This document shows, piece after piece, positions 25,018 through 36,924 of a stretch of 64,000 nucleotides of DNA. Source of the DNA: Trichosphaerium sp. ATCC 40318 (Eukaryota; Protista; Tubulinea). How positions within the stretch are numbered: position 1 is the stretch's first letter; the number at the start of each line of letters is the position of its first letter. Position numbers and translations under genes: made by a program. The notes beneath the pieces are model-generated. The model searched no databases. It was not told where the DNA came from and saw only the letters and a list, made by a program, of their open reading frames with translations. The stretch lies in contig JALMLS010000397.1 of NCBI GenBank assembly GCA_038496445.1, positions 124,001-188,000 of the forward strand. The letters are read 5' to 3'.

Positions 25018-26019
25018 ATGGTACGAAACAAATTTCCGCTGTTCTATCTCTTCATCTCACAGTATAACCAGAACTGGATTATTTTATTCGTTTGTGTGGC
25101 ACTCTTCCTGATGCAAGCTGCAGCGCTAGACACAAGCAAAACGCCTGGAGAAAACTTCGACCTCAGCAACTGGAAAATAACACTTCCTGATTCGTCAGCA
25201 AGCGAAAGATCACCTTCTCAAGTACGCAACTATTTTCCCACTTTCTAAGAATTTATGCCTGTGTAACATTGCTGTTAGCTGCGCACATACACTTCCAACT
25301 ACTTTTACACCGGAGGTGATGGATCGATGACGTTCTATTGTCCTTCGAATGGCGGTACAACAAGTGGATCAAGGTATCCAAGATCTGAGTTACGTCAACT
25401 CTGTAACCCTGATGACGATAACTACGTACACAACAGCAATGTTAAGCTAAAACTAACACTCTGCGTTCTTTTTTAGAATTGGCACATATCTGATAAAAAC
25501 GTGATGAAAGCAAGACTCAAAGTTGATAGAGCCAAAACGAATGCCAATAAAGTTATAGTACTTCAAATTCACGCTTTTGACGCCCCACCTCTTATCAAAA
25601 TTCAATGGGAATCTAACGGGAACATCTACGCTTTGTACAAGAAAAACAGAGACGGTGACGATGCTCCAAAGGTATGTATAATAGTTATAATTTGTCTCTA
25701 CCCTGGAAGTTAGAATTAACGCAAACTTGAGGTTACTCTGGGCAGTGTTGGATTTGGTCGTTTTGACATGGAAATACATGTACGTCCTCGACATCATGTA
25801 ACTTGTTTTGATGTTTACCAATAGGCTGACAACGGACGCCTTAAAGTGTACCTCAATGCTGCTAAAACACTGGACGTGGATGTGGGTGGGTATTGGAGCA
25901 GCTTCACAAACTACTTCAAGGCTGGTAGCTACTTGCAAGCAAACTCTGGTGATCAGTTCGCTACAGTCCGATTCTATGAATTGGATATCACCAGCCAAGG
26001 ACCTTGTGAAGAAGATTAA
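25018..26019 (+). CDS. Secreted polysaccharide lyase family 7 (alginate lyase), about 5 introns
   Basis: Signal peptide; PGENFDLSNWKITLP; GGTTSGSRYPRSELRQ; VIVLQIHA; NYFKAGSYLQ (the three conserved PL7 regions). Confidence 0.9.
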
Positions 26020-26281
26020 ATAAACTGCTCACACTTTCAATTCAAGTTGCCTACACCAAGTTTTAATACAGTTTTTGTTCACTAGTGATACATATCCTTT
26101 AAAAATGACACGTGGGCACCATGTGTTACCTTAACAAGTGAACGTAAAGACTTAGCTGAATCTTGAATAAGGCCATTAAATACAACGTCCACTATTTCCA
26201 AGTTAGAAACTGCAACGTTTGTCAGACTTAGAGGCTGGTCACATTATTATTCCCTTCCTGTTTGACATCTTCTTGGTGCAA

Positions 26282-26303
26282 ACTATGTAAGGCTAGTTTG
26301 TCA
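26282..26303. repeat. 22-bp direct repeat, right copy
   Basis: Identical to 23755-23776. Confidence 0.8.
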
Positions 26304-26326
26304 GTTCTGTCAAAGGTGTCAAAAAG

Positions 26327-26645
26327 TAACGCCCTTCCGTGAATAATTTGAATACAGCCTACATTCACGACTAAAAAAATTCATTCATGCACACAGTAAA
26401 CGGTCGAAAATTGCGCAATTTGATGGCTGATTTTGACTGGATTTGTGGGTTTTGGTGTTCTGTTGACTATTCCGATTCGGTTTTCAAATGCCATTTGTTG
26501 AATCTATCCATTTGGAACATCGCTAGGTGCTGCAAACCAAAAGCTCCTCAACATCCTGACTCACTAAATGCCAATGAATATTAATGAATATGGCTTACGG
26601 ACAATGAATGTGAATATTGCTTGTATTCATAACGGAAGGGCGTTA
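26327..26645. mobile_element. MITE with TA flanks, copy 1
   Basis: Perfect 14-bp inverted ends including the TA, taacgcccttccgt / acggaagggcgtta; internal tgaata repeats; no real ORF. Confidence 0.75.
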
Positions 26646-26820
26646 TCAAAAACTTGAAATATCTTTCAAAAAAACAGGATGATCGCAATAAAGTTTCCGG
26701 CATTTCGAGAGTTTTTCTTGTTTAGGTTTCCTATTTATTTATTACTATCTCACTACAATGTGTTTTCGGCTACTAGTGACTATGTTGAGCTTTTTTTTCT
26801 ACATCCACAACAGGTGTATG

Positions 26821-28142
26821 CTACAGTACATGGTGGCGAGTTTCTTGGACTTTTGTGGAAGCTTCAATAGTAGTTAACTTGGGTGCACTAACGGATTTGA
26901 CAACAGCTTTTGAACTTGATAGACTGACTGGTTTCATTGTACCAACTATTAGAACAATGGTTGCTGCATGAAGTAGCCTCTGCAGAGCTTGGAAAACAAC
27001 TTCAACGATCACATGCTCTTTTGTATCTTCAGGATAGACAAGTAAAAGCAAAACAGCCATAACCAGAGCAAGAAGGAGTGACACAATATTCATAATACCT
27101 GCCGATACTATAAGCAAGAAAATCTGAAAAAAGACGTGAGCTTCAAAAAAAAAAAGAATAAAATAAGATATACCTTGTATCGAAATGATTTGAATGTTTC
27201 TTTGTTGACTCGAAGCATCTTTCTTGTCCTAAACCCCATGTACAAAAAGATTGAACCAGATACAATAATGAACAAACTAAAGAATACAGCATATATGGAA
27301 AATGCAACATCACGTGCTTGAAGGTTTGTACCGACAACAAGACCATAATAACCAAACTCGACAAAAAACAGAACTACAACAAGATTATGTTTGGAACTCC
27401 GGGCATTAAATTACGCACTTGCCATGAATACCCAAGAAAGGTAGTTGATAAACATTCTCATAAAATATCCTGGTCGAGGTTCAATCAATGCCCTAGAGTA
27501 TTCGTTACAAGCAAATTGTTTTAAGAGCATTAAAAGCAGTACCACATTCTAATTATCAGAATCACAATTGCATACAAACAAGCATACGCGATAGAATCGA
27601 ATATGAAGCTCAATCTCCATGATAGTTGTCTCGTGTACAAAGGATCGAACACTGAAAACAAGAATCCCTCTACAATGAACAAATATAAACAGATGAAAAG
27701 CAATAAAGAAATAGTACCGAAACACCAAATAACAGACACAAGCCAAAGTAATTTAACAGTGATCTTTGTAAGCTCATATGGTGGCTTGTATATTTTGTAA
27801 CGGACAATACAATATCTACTCGAATATTAGCCTATTTTTGGATCGATTTGTTTGTCTTGACTTGTTTTACATTGTATACATCAAAAGCAACCCAAAACAC
27901 AGTCCAAATACGATATTAAATGCTAATACAACAGATGCTATAAAATACTTGTTAACAGCCGATAAAATACCACGTGAGTACCATCGGCTTTGAATTGGCA
28001 CCTAGACTAATTTAACTCCGAAATCGTCGACTTTTGGTGCGTACCACTGCCCGGAGCGCGATTCAAAGCATATACATTTATCTCTAACACATAGGCCACC
28101 TCCATTACAATTATTATCAAAGCACGAGGTGGTGTTTTCCAT
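26821..28142 (-). CDS. Orphan EGF-like + 7TM receptor, copy D
   Basis: MENTTSCFDNNCNGGGLCVRDKCICFESRSGQW plus 7 TM segments; same intron positions as paralogs. Confidence 0.75.
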
Positions 28143-28736
28143 TTTGTGAATGTAATATTTTCAAAGACTTGATTGAATTCTCCGCTTTCCGTTTTGATGT
28201 GCGCTAAAAATAAGCGAATTTCTGTGGCGGGAAAAAAAAGTAGAATTTGAACGATTTGAACTAGTGGGTATTGTGGTGATTTGTACTTTTTACCTACACA
28301 AGTGCAAAGCAGAGCGATTCATACCATTGACATGCAGCTATCTCTTTTTGTTCAATGTCTCCGTTTAGATGTAAGTAGCAATGAAAGTGTTTCAATGTTG
28401 GATAAGGAAGGTTTTTGTAGGTGTAAAAGAAGAGTGTAAGAAGCTGTTGAAGAACAAATAAAATAAATACACCTAAACTACGGCTGAGTATTATCTGCTT
28501 CCGTAAACTAGATTTAAAAAAGGCGTTTAATTTGCACGTGATTGGCTAAAGTCTCACTATTTTTTGTTTCTTATACAGCACAGAGATCCTGTGGAACGCA
28601 CCTTTCATCCAGTTACTAAAGCATAGACTAAAGCTGAGTAATGCAAGGTGTACGCTTGGGGTCAGAAAATAATGAACGAATAGATGAGTAAAGGCAGTGG
28701 CTGGTTTGTGTGGTCTTTATTTTTGCTTAGGAGCTT

Positions 28737-30131
28737 TTACAGATCGACTGTATTCACTGTTCTCTCAGCAATACTTGGTGTTGCAACTGTGCTCATTGTT
28801 CCAGCAGAACTTGTTTTTTCAGTACCACATGATTTTGTTTGCTTGACAGGTATCATTGTGAAAATGATAGCAAGAATAAATCCTGCATGTAGTAGCCTCT
28901 GAATAACTTGGAAAATCACTTCAACAACCACTTGCTCTCTTTTATGTTTAGTATAAACTATTACCAACAAAAAGGTCATAACCATAACGAGAAGAAGACC
29001 AACAGTATATATAATACCTGTTGATACAAGAAGCAAGAATATCTAATCCAAAATTAAAAAAGTAAGCACGTACACGTGCACGGAAGTATGTCCATGACCC
29101 AAAAAAAAACAGAATAAGACGTGAGCTTCAAAAAAAAAAGAATAAAATGAGATACCTTGTATCGAAATGATTTGAATGTTTCTTTGTTTACTCGAAGAAT
29201 CTTCCTTGTCCTGAATCCCATGTAAAGTACACTTGTACCAGATACAATGCCAAACACAAAAAATATGGCAGCATAGGTAAGTGTAGCCTCATCACGTGCT
29301 TGAAGGTTTGTACCAACAACAAGACCATAATAACCAAACTCGAAAAAAAAAAGAACTACAACAACGTTATTGCACTATTGAGCACTGCTTTTTGTTCACA
29401 TCAAGTTTCGTACTTGCAATAAATATCCGTGAAAGGTAATTAATAAACATCCTCATAAAAGGTCCTGGTCGTGGTTCAATCAATGCCCTTAACAGTAATT
29501 ACAAACATTTTTCGAAGCGTCGGAAAGTTGCATTAAACGCAGTACCATAGTCTTAGTAGAAGAATCACATTGCAAACAAACAAGCATATGTGATAGCATC
29601 AAAAAAGAAGCTCAATCTCCATGATAGTTGTCTCGTGTACAAAGGATCGAACACTGAAAAAAAGAATCCAGCTAAAATGAACAGTTATGAAATTGTCACT
29701 AGAAGCAATAAGAAAGTAGTACCGAAGGAACCAATAACAGACGCAAGCCAAAGAAGTTTAACAGTGATATTCTTGTGCTCATATGGTGGCTTGTATATTT
29801 TGTAACGCAAGATACAGTACCTAAACTAAAAGTATTGGAAAAAAAGATTAAACAACAAGTGAAAGCGTGGTACAGCGTATAGATCCAAAGTAGTCCAAAA
29901 CACAGCCCAAAGACGATATTGAAAGCCAAAACAACAGGTTCTACAAAAATATTGTTAACAGTAATCAAATATCACTAGGTTTGAATTGGCACCTAAAGAA
30001 TACTTTACCATTCGAAATAATCGACTTGGTGCTTACCACTGCCCTGCGTGTGATTCAAAGCATATACATTTACCTTTAACACATATCCCGCCTCCATTAC
30101 AATTATCAAAGCACGACGTGGTGTTCTCCAT
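28737..30131 (-). pseudogene. EGF-7TM receptor copy E, mosaic; 1-bp deletion gives a premature stop
   Basis: GCA ATG TGA at about 29570 where paralogs have GCA ATT GTG ATT; otherwise full length (could be a sequencing error). Confidence 0.65.
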
Positions 30132-30387
30132 TATGAAAGACTAATTGTGACAGATGAGCTTGCCAAATTATCTACTTTTTTAGTTTTATCCACAATTAAC
30201 GGTGTACCAACCAAAACAAGTGGTTGTGATTAACATGGTAAAAAAACCTTGACCGTACTACAGGTAATCAAGAATTCATCTCATGTTTAAACATTGGGTC
30301 AACTTTTAACATAATTTATTGAGCTCTTTGCTAACAAATTTGTTGGGAATGTTGGTACAAACTGCGACATCATAACACGAGATGACA

Positions 30388-30580
30388 TAATGTCTTTCCG
30401 TTAAGAATGAATAATATGAATACAGGCATGTTAACAAATACTAACGACTAAAAAAATTCATTCATTGTTCATGCTCCTCTAAATCCTGCGTCCAAACGCC
30501 AGCGAATATTCATGAATGAATAAACATAAATTTGCCATGGGACCATGAATATTGCTTTTCTTTACACCGGAAGAGCATTA
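30388..30580. mobile_element. MITE with TA flanks, copy 2 (shorter, diverged)
   Basis: Ends taatgtctttccg / cggaagagcatta; shares acgactaaaaaaattcattcat and tgaatattgctt with 26327-26645. Confidence 0.65.
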
Positions 30581-30855
30581 AGGTGACTTCTTCAAAGTAT
30601 AAAACTGAATACATTCGGCACGTGATTCTGTAAAATATGAAACTGGTACAATTTCATCTCGAAAAGCACAAGCCCGCTATATTGCGATTGTGAAGGCTTA
30701 TCAACGACGACGTAACCATGCCATGCTTTAAACTGAACAGCAATGTAACCGCCTTTTTTGTGCAGCACAAGACACGCGACAAGTGTCACGGAGAAATTTC
30801 GTGATTTTCTACTCAGACAAAGCTGCTAACATACAACGCACACAACAAAGAAAAA

Positions 30856-32346
30856 ATGTCTTCTCACTGCAGCAATTCATCCACTGACCAAGTGTCTTCA
30901 CATCAATCCGTCCCATTCCTCCCACCAGAGACTATATCAAACATCCTGAGGTTTTTAAACAAAAAACAGCGCATCAAGGCATCTACTGTTTGTCACATGT
31001 TCAACGACATTATCCGCTACATTGTCGGTCTTGATATAATTACAATCAACTCGTTCCACTGCAATGTTCTACAAGGCAGCCCATTACTGAAAAACACAAC
31101 AATCTCATTTGGTACTAAAGCGTCGTACACCTACAGAACCACTATATCAGAGGTTGAATTATCTTGTCTTTCTGGTGTTCATAGTCTTGATCTATCTCAT
31201 GGTTTGTTTAAAGATCAGGCTATCCTCTCTTTAGTACAAGGTGGACACAACATTCACAACATAAATCTGCGTACTACAGAAATTACAGACGTATCACTTC
31301 AAGCCCTTAAATCTGTTCACACTATTGATATTGTTGGATGTAAAAATGTTACAGTTGATGGCATAAAAGCACTAGCTGGCGTACATAAAATTAGCCTATC
31401 TGTGCAAAAAATATCATGGATCAAACATCTTTGTAGTGCGCATACTATTGAACTAGAGAGATCAAAAATGATTGAAGAAGATGAAGTCAACTTGACCTTA
31501 ACAAATCTCAGAAACCTCAGATTGTATCGCTGTAAGATGGCACTCACATTTACAAAACATTTAGTCACTCTTGAATATCTTACAATCATTAACAACAGTG
31601 TCTATAATATCACAGACTCGAGTTTGAAGCACTTGGTCAATCTTAAGCACCTTGAACTTTCTGATGCCAGCAGCATTGCAGATGCAAGTTTGAAACATTT
31701 GGTTAAGCTGGAGCACCTCTCACTTAAATCTTGTGTCTCTGAAATTGGACTGGCATTCAAGTACTTGGTTAATCTCAGACGCCTTAAACTTTCTGGCTGT
31801 TCAAAAAACTTGTACATTGAAGATGTAGCAACTATACTTGAGAAGCTTACACTCCACTGGTGCAAAGAGGATACAGACTTGGGTTTGAAGCATTTTGTTA
31901 ATCTGAAACACCTCGACATTGACCACAGTAATATTAAAGGATCAGCATTTCGGTACTTGAATAGTCTTACACACCTTACGCTTTCTGATTGTGACGCAAT
32001 TGTAAACTCGAACTTAAGCAAAACAACCAGTATTATTAGTCTCAAGATTTCTGATTGTCCAAGCATAACAGACGCAGGTTTAAAGAGCTTGGTTAATCTT
32101 GAGCGCCTTGAAATGTTCAGGATCTACAAAATAACAGACAAAGGCTTGAAGAACTTGGTTAATCTTGAGCATCTTGGACTCATATGCTGCGAGAGTTATG
32201 CTACGAAACTAAAGAATTCAATTACAAAAGGCTGTTTAAAATACTTGACATCTCTTGAGACTCTTGAACTTCGTGAATCTACTACGTTTACTAAGAAGTA
32301 TGTCGAGAGCCTGGGTATTACATTGATAGAGAAGCAGTATTATTAA
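30856..32346 (+). CDS. F-box/LRR-repeat protein (single exon)
   Basis: F-box LPPETISNILRFLNKKQRIKASTVCHMF; many LKHLVNLKHLxL..C..ITD LRRs. Confidence 0.9.
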   Translation: MSSHCSNSSTDQVSSHQSVPFLPPETISNILRFLNKKQRIKASTVCHMFNDIIRYIVGLDIITINSFHCNVLQGSPLLKNTTISFGTKASYTYRTTISEVELSCLSGVHSLDLSHGLFKDQAILSLVQGGHNIHNINLRTTEITDVSLQALKSVHTIDIVGCKNVTVDGIKALAGVHKISLSVQKISWIKHLCSAHTIELERSKMIEEDEVNLTLTNLRNLRLYRCKMALTFTKHLVTLEYLTIINNSVYNITDSSLKHLVNLKHLELSDASSIADASLKHLVKLEHLSLKSCVSEIGLAFKYLVNLRRLKLSGCSKNLYIEDVATILEKLTLHWCKEDTDLGLKHFVNLKHLDIDHSNIKGSAFRYLNSLTHLTLSDCDAIVNSNLSKTTSIISLKISDCPSITDAGLKSLVNLERLEMFRIYKITDKGLKNLVNLEHLGLICCESYATKLKNSITKGCLKYLTSLETLELRESTTFTKKYVESLGITLIEKQYY

Positions 32347-32600
32347 CATATGTAGTCGCCAATCGTACCTATAAACAATGAACTAATGTACTCTAAGTCT
32401 AATATTTTTTATCATCAAAATCACGAAACACTGTTTTGGACAAGTGATTAAAATCCAACAAGCGGATCAGTTACAAAGCTTAGTCATATGTGAAACAGTG
32501 GTTAGTTGAATTAAAAGAAAATAATATCTGTCTTCATTTTTTTCACGTGTTTTTTGTGTTTACCATCTTTAGCATTCAAATTGTATTGATTATCTATTTA

Positions 32601-34869
32601 TTATTGTTGTACACAATAGGTATTATAGTAGCTCCTTAAATAAAGTAACTGTGCTGGATTTCTTATCATTCCTTCCCTTGGAGCCCTAACAGCAGCAACA
32701 GCAGATGTAGGATCATAACCAAGGTGTACTAACATAGCACCAATAAATAAACCTGTTCTTCCTTTACCACCATTACAATGAACAACCATTATTTCATCTC
32801 TATCAATCTTTGCTAGAGCAATCATGACGTTCTTGTGTAGGTCTGACATATCCTTTGGTAACCATTTATCTTTTATTGGGAAATGAATAGTCTCAATACC
32901 TTTCGATTGAATGCTAGTAAAGAAAGAACATGAGAATAAAACTCGGAAATCAACAAGTGCAAAAAAAGCAACAATCGCCAAACATTCAAAGCGAACACAG
33001 ACAATTTGAGATGACAGTAGCTTTTGAATTAAAAAGAAAAACTCAATCTAAAACAGTTGAAGAAGAGTTTAGAACGAAAAAAGACAGTTTTTTACCACTT
33101 AGCCATTTTTAGAGGCGTCATGATGCAGGCACTTACAAAAACGCTACAAAGAGAATACGTACTATTCAAAAAAATGTGGAATACCCATACTTTCAAGTTC
33201 TTGTTCTCTTACCAAAGTAACCAATACTGTTAAAAAAATATTAGTACAAACCTTTCAATACAGGTAAAAACAAGGTTGTAAGAAAAAAACGAGAATAACA
33301 AAGTGTCACATTTTGACTTTCTGACAAACAAAAAATGATTAAACGTTACCTTGAACACCATGATTCAGTAGTACTTGAACATCAGCGACCAAATCCCTTC
33401 TGTGATTCTTTTTATTACGTCCCATACACATAGACATGCCTATACGGCCCTTCTTTAGAACTCCATCATAGAGGAAGTCAACTTGTAATGGATGACTTCT
33501 AGATGTCCTCATATCTGTCAAAAACCAATTAACTCTCTCATCTGTTGTGACATCTTGAGGTAATTTATTCTGAGAATCCCACACTCTAACAACTGCTCCA
33601 TTTGCTTTTAGAAGCTCACATACTTCTATACGGTTCGCTGCAGCTGCATGATGCATTGGTGTACCGCCACTATAAAAAATAAATTAGCAAAGAAGTCCAA
33701 AATCTCCTGCTCAAATTTTTCGTAATGATGACGTGCTAGTTATCTTTTGCGCCCAATGGCGCTCCTCTCTTAATCAATAGGTCAATATGTGAACATGGAG
33801 ATAAATGTGTTGCTTCATGAAGAGCACTAACACCACCCATTGTCGTAGCTGTAACCTGTAAAACAAATTAAAACAATAAAGAAATAACACAAAAAAAAAA
33901 AACTAGAGTAACAAGAAACGTACACTTGCTCCCTTATCAAGGAGTGCTCGAAAGAATGAAAGGCTACAACCAGAACAAGAAATTATCAAAGGTGTGCGAC
34001 CACCTTTATCCTTTATATTTGGATCAACACCAGGATGATTAAGAAGCATAACACCAAGCTGTTCAGACTTTGATAAAGCGATATTTTCAGTGTCAAGAAA
34101 ATTTCCACCAGAAGAACTAGAAGAACCGGTTCTTGCGTTTATACCTAATGCTCTCGTTTCTTTGGCTATTTTTCTACACAGTAAGTGTAATGGAGCTGTT
34201 CCATTATTATCTTTCAAATTTATTGCGATCAGAGGCTGTGATAGTAGTAATTTTGTTATGGCCATATCGTCTGCGTTTATAGCGTAGTGTAGACTGTATG
34301 CTCCTTCAAATTTAAGTTAGTTGGAGAGTTTTTCGTTGATACTGCGTAAAAAAAGCGTACCATTAGCGTCTGTAGTGTTTGGGTCGAATCCTTGCAGTAG
34401 CAGCTGGCTAATGCGTTCCACATTGTGAGCCGTTATAGCAGTGAAAAATTCTGAGATTGTAGTAGGGTTGTTTACAACTGCGCGCGTGTGTTTGTAGTCA
34501 GAAGGGATTGCTAGCTCCTTTCTGTTACCAACGAAAAAAAGTTATGTACTGTACAATAAAAGCGTTACAGTACCTCAAAGCATCTGTTTTCTCTTCATTT
34601 ACATCAGGAAAAACATTCCATAGCGCCTAATTGGTTATATGATTTATACGGAGCTAGAATTACACACCTCTGTTGTAGGCAATACAGCTGAAGCTGAGGT
34701 AGTTTTTGGAGTTGAAGGCGATCCAAACGAAATTAATGTACCCTGAGGCGGTTCAGGCGCTTGCCTATGAGCGTCTGGTACAACCGCTGGAGCGGGACGG
34801 CTCTAAACATCGAAAATCAACGAAAAAAAAAGATCAAAATGCAAAACGTACAAAGGGGTTATAACTCAT
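32601..34869 (-). CDS. Ankyrin-repeat + CDKN3-like dual-specificity protein phosphatase (multi-exon)
   Basis: Ankyrin motifs (GTAPLHLLC, GRTPLIISC, GTPMHHAA); GRIGMSMCMG...RDLVADV; HFPIKD; catalytic HCNGGKGRT (CX5R). Confidence 0.85.
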
Positions 34870-34953
34870 GAAGGAAACAAGCCAGCATCACCGAATAAAA
34901 AAATTAAGCTACTGTTTCAAAAAAAGTCAATACATAAGCGCTAACATTGCACC

Positions 34954-36673
34954 ATGCTCGCACTACGCATTGGTAGGACCCAATTAGCGCGAAATAGTGC
35001 CAAAAAACGACTTTGTCGTTATTCCTCCACGAATGATACGCCCAAAGGTAAAGGTGTATCTGCAAAAAGCAAAGCAGTCTATTCAAAAAGCAAGAGTGGA
35101 ACAGAATATGTCACACTACACCTTGATGGCTTCAGAAAGAGGAGGTTTAAAGCAAACGAACTCAAAACTGGCAGGGGAGAGAAAAACTCCAACCTCTTGG
35201 CTGCGGTTTTCCCATCCCGTAAGGAGGAGCAAGAAGGAGATGACGATTTCAAAGGAATAGACAGGATAGAGGAAGAAGAAGAACAAGAAGAACGACTCGT
35301 CGATGACGAGCCTCATGTACTAGAAGGGGAGACAGAAGTAACAGAAGATTCACTTCTAGACGAAATGGCTGCAGAACAGGATGCCGAGAATGACTACGAA
35401 CTTGATACACGCCTAGAAGATCTCCCAGAAGATACCCTGAGAGCGCTAGAGGAGTATGAATCAAAAATGACGTATAAATCACCAAACACTACAGAGATGG
35501 AACCACGCGAAAAGGCTAAAGTACATAAGGTAGAAAAGGCTTCTCAGCTTAATTTCTACCGTTTGGCGATGTACGACGATTTGCGCAAGAATGCTGATAG
35601 AATGGGTAATTACCCAATTACATCCGCGAAAGCGCGTCGAAAAGCTTGGGAGCTCCACTGCCTTGATCCAGGTACCGTCTAACTTAAAATTATACAAAAT
35701 AGCTTTAAAACGCGCTCGCTCACCTGATTGTATTCTTTTTATCGTTAAAACCGCGCTCTCGCTCTACTTTATTTTAAATACGCTTTACTAACGCTTTCCA
35801 TCAGAATACTGGACAATGAAGCGCTTATCTGCTGTATTTAAAGTGCGTGCCGATGAAATGAAGTTTTACATGTATGTCAAAGCAACTGCAATGAAAGGTA
35901 CAGCTTTTTTTCGTTTGTTTTTTTTTTGTTATTGTAGTTGAGTACCTCAACTAATTTCTTTTTTTTCTTCTTTAGCACGTAAGCTTGGTCCTCAATATGT
36001 GAATGCTGGTAAAGATGATCGTATTGAACAGCTCTTGGGTAAAGAGTTTGGTGAACTAGACTTTCCAGACACCATCATGACGCCTGGAAAAGATGACCCA
36101 CCTAAGGTGGATAATATTGCTTATTATCATTTGGATGATAATGTTCGCTCTCAACGATTAAAGCAGATGGTTTCTTCAATGTCCAAGAAGTACCGTGAAG
36201 CGCCTAAATATGCTAGACAGTTTATTCCTAAACCTCGAGCACTTGAAGCAATCTTACCTTCGAGAGCAAGAGAAAATATCTACAAAAACAAAAAATTGGC
36301 TAAATTCATCATGTGGGATATTTCGCCTTCCCGCGATTTATATAACCGAAAAGTTCTTGTCAGAGAGACTGACGGTTCTTGGAGAACAGGTGATTGGGAT
36401 GAAAGACGCTTCACACATGAAGCAAGACGCTACATGCGCTGGCGACTACGTGTACCAATCCACATTCCAGACGATGAACAAGAATCTAAAGTTCATCCTG
36501 ATGAACAAGTACCAGAAGGTTACAAGCCTAGTATGCCAAACCCTGAAAAATGGTACCCTGAAGATGCTACAAAACAGCTACAAGCCATGGGATCCAAGAA
36601 AGGACATTGGGGTCTTAAAGGCTTTAGTACTTTCAAGGAAGTTGTTGGTCAATATAAAGTCCGCTACGATTAA
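34954..36673 (+). CDS. Probable mitochondrial small-subunit ribosomal protein (mS45/mS22-like)
   Basis: Basic presequence; WELHCLDP|EYWTMKRLSAVF helix-turn motif; FIMWDIS...KVLVRETDGSWRTGDWDERR resembles the mS22/mS45 VVREPxGxLRxAxWEER motif. Confidence 0.55.
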
Positions 36674-36924
36674 ATGTACAATAAAACTTGATAGCAGACG
36701 CTCTCTAATTATGGTGTCATACCTTTCTTTCTCCTTATATATATGATAAAAAAAAAGATAAGCAAATACACTATGAACGTATGGTTGTCAATAAGCAAAG
36801 TGACACTTGACATGCGAAAAAAGAAGATTTTTGTCGACTTAATTGTTTTTGTTGAAGAATTTGCTCTGAAAATGTAAGTGTCAACACCGTTTTGGTATTG
36901 GCAATACGCGAAGGGCCCTTTTGT

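Noticed and set aside
25453-25998. 181-aa minus-strand ORF
   Set aside because: Antisense to the well-supported PL7 exons; no motif of its own
31317-32066. Antisense ORFs (92 and 154 aa) over the F-box/LRR gene
   Set aside because: Shadow ORFs of a repetitive coding strand
36195-36746. 183-aa alternative-frame ORF overlapping the mitoribosomal-like gene
   Set aside because: Off-frame shadow; the conserved motif is in the 35999-36673 frame
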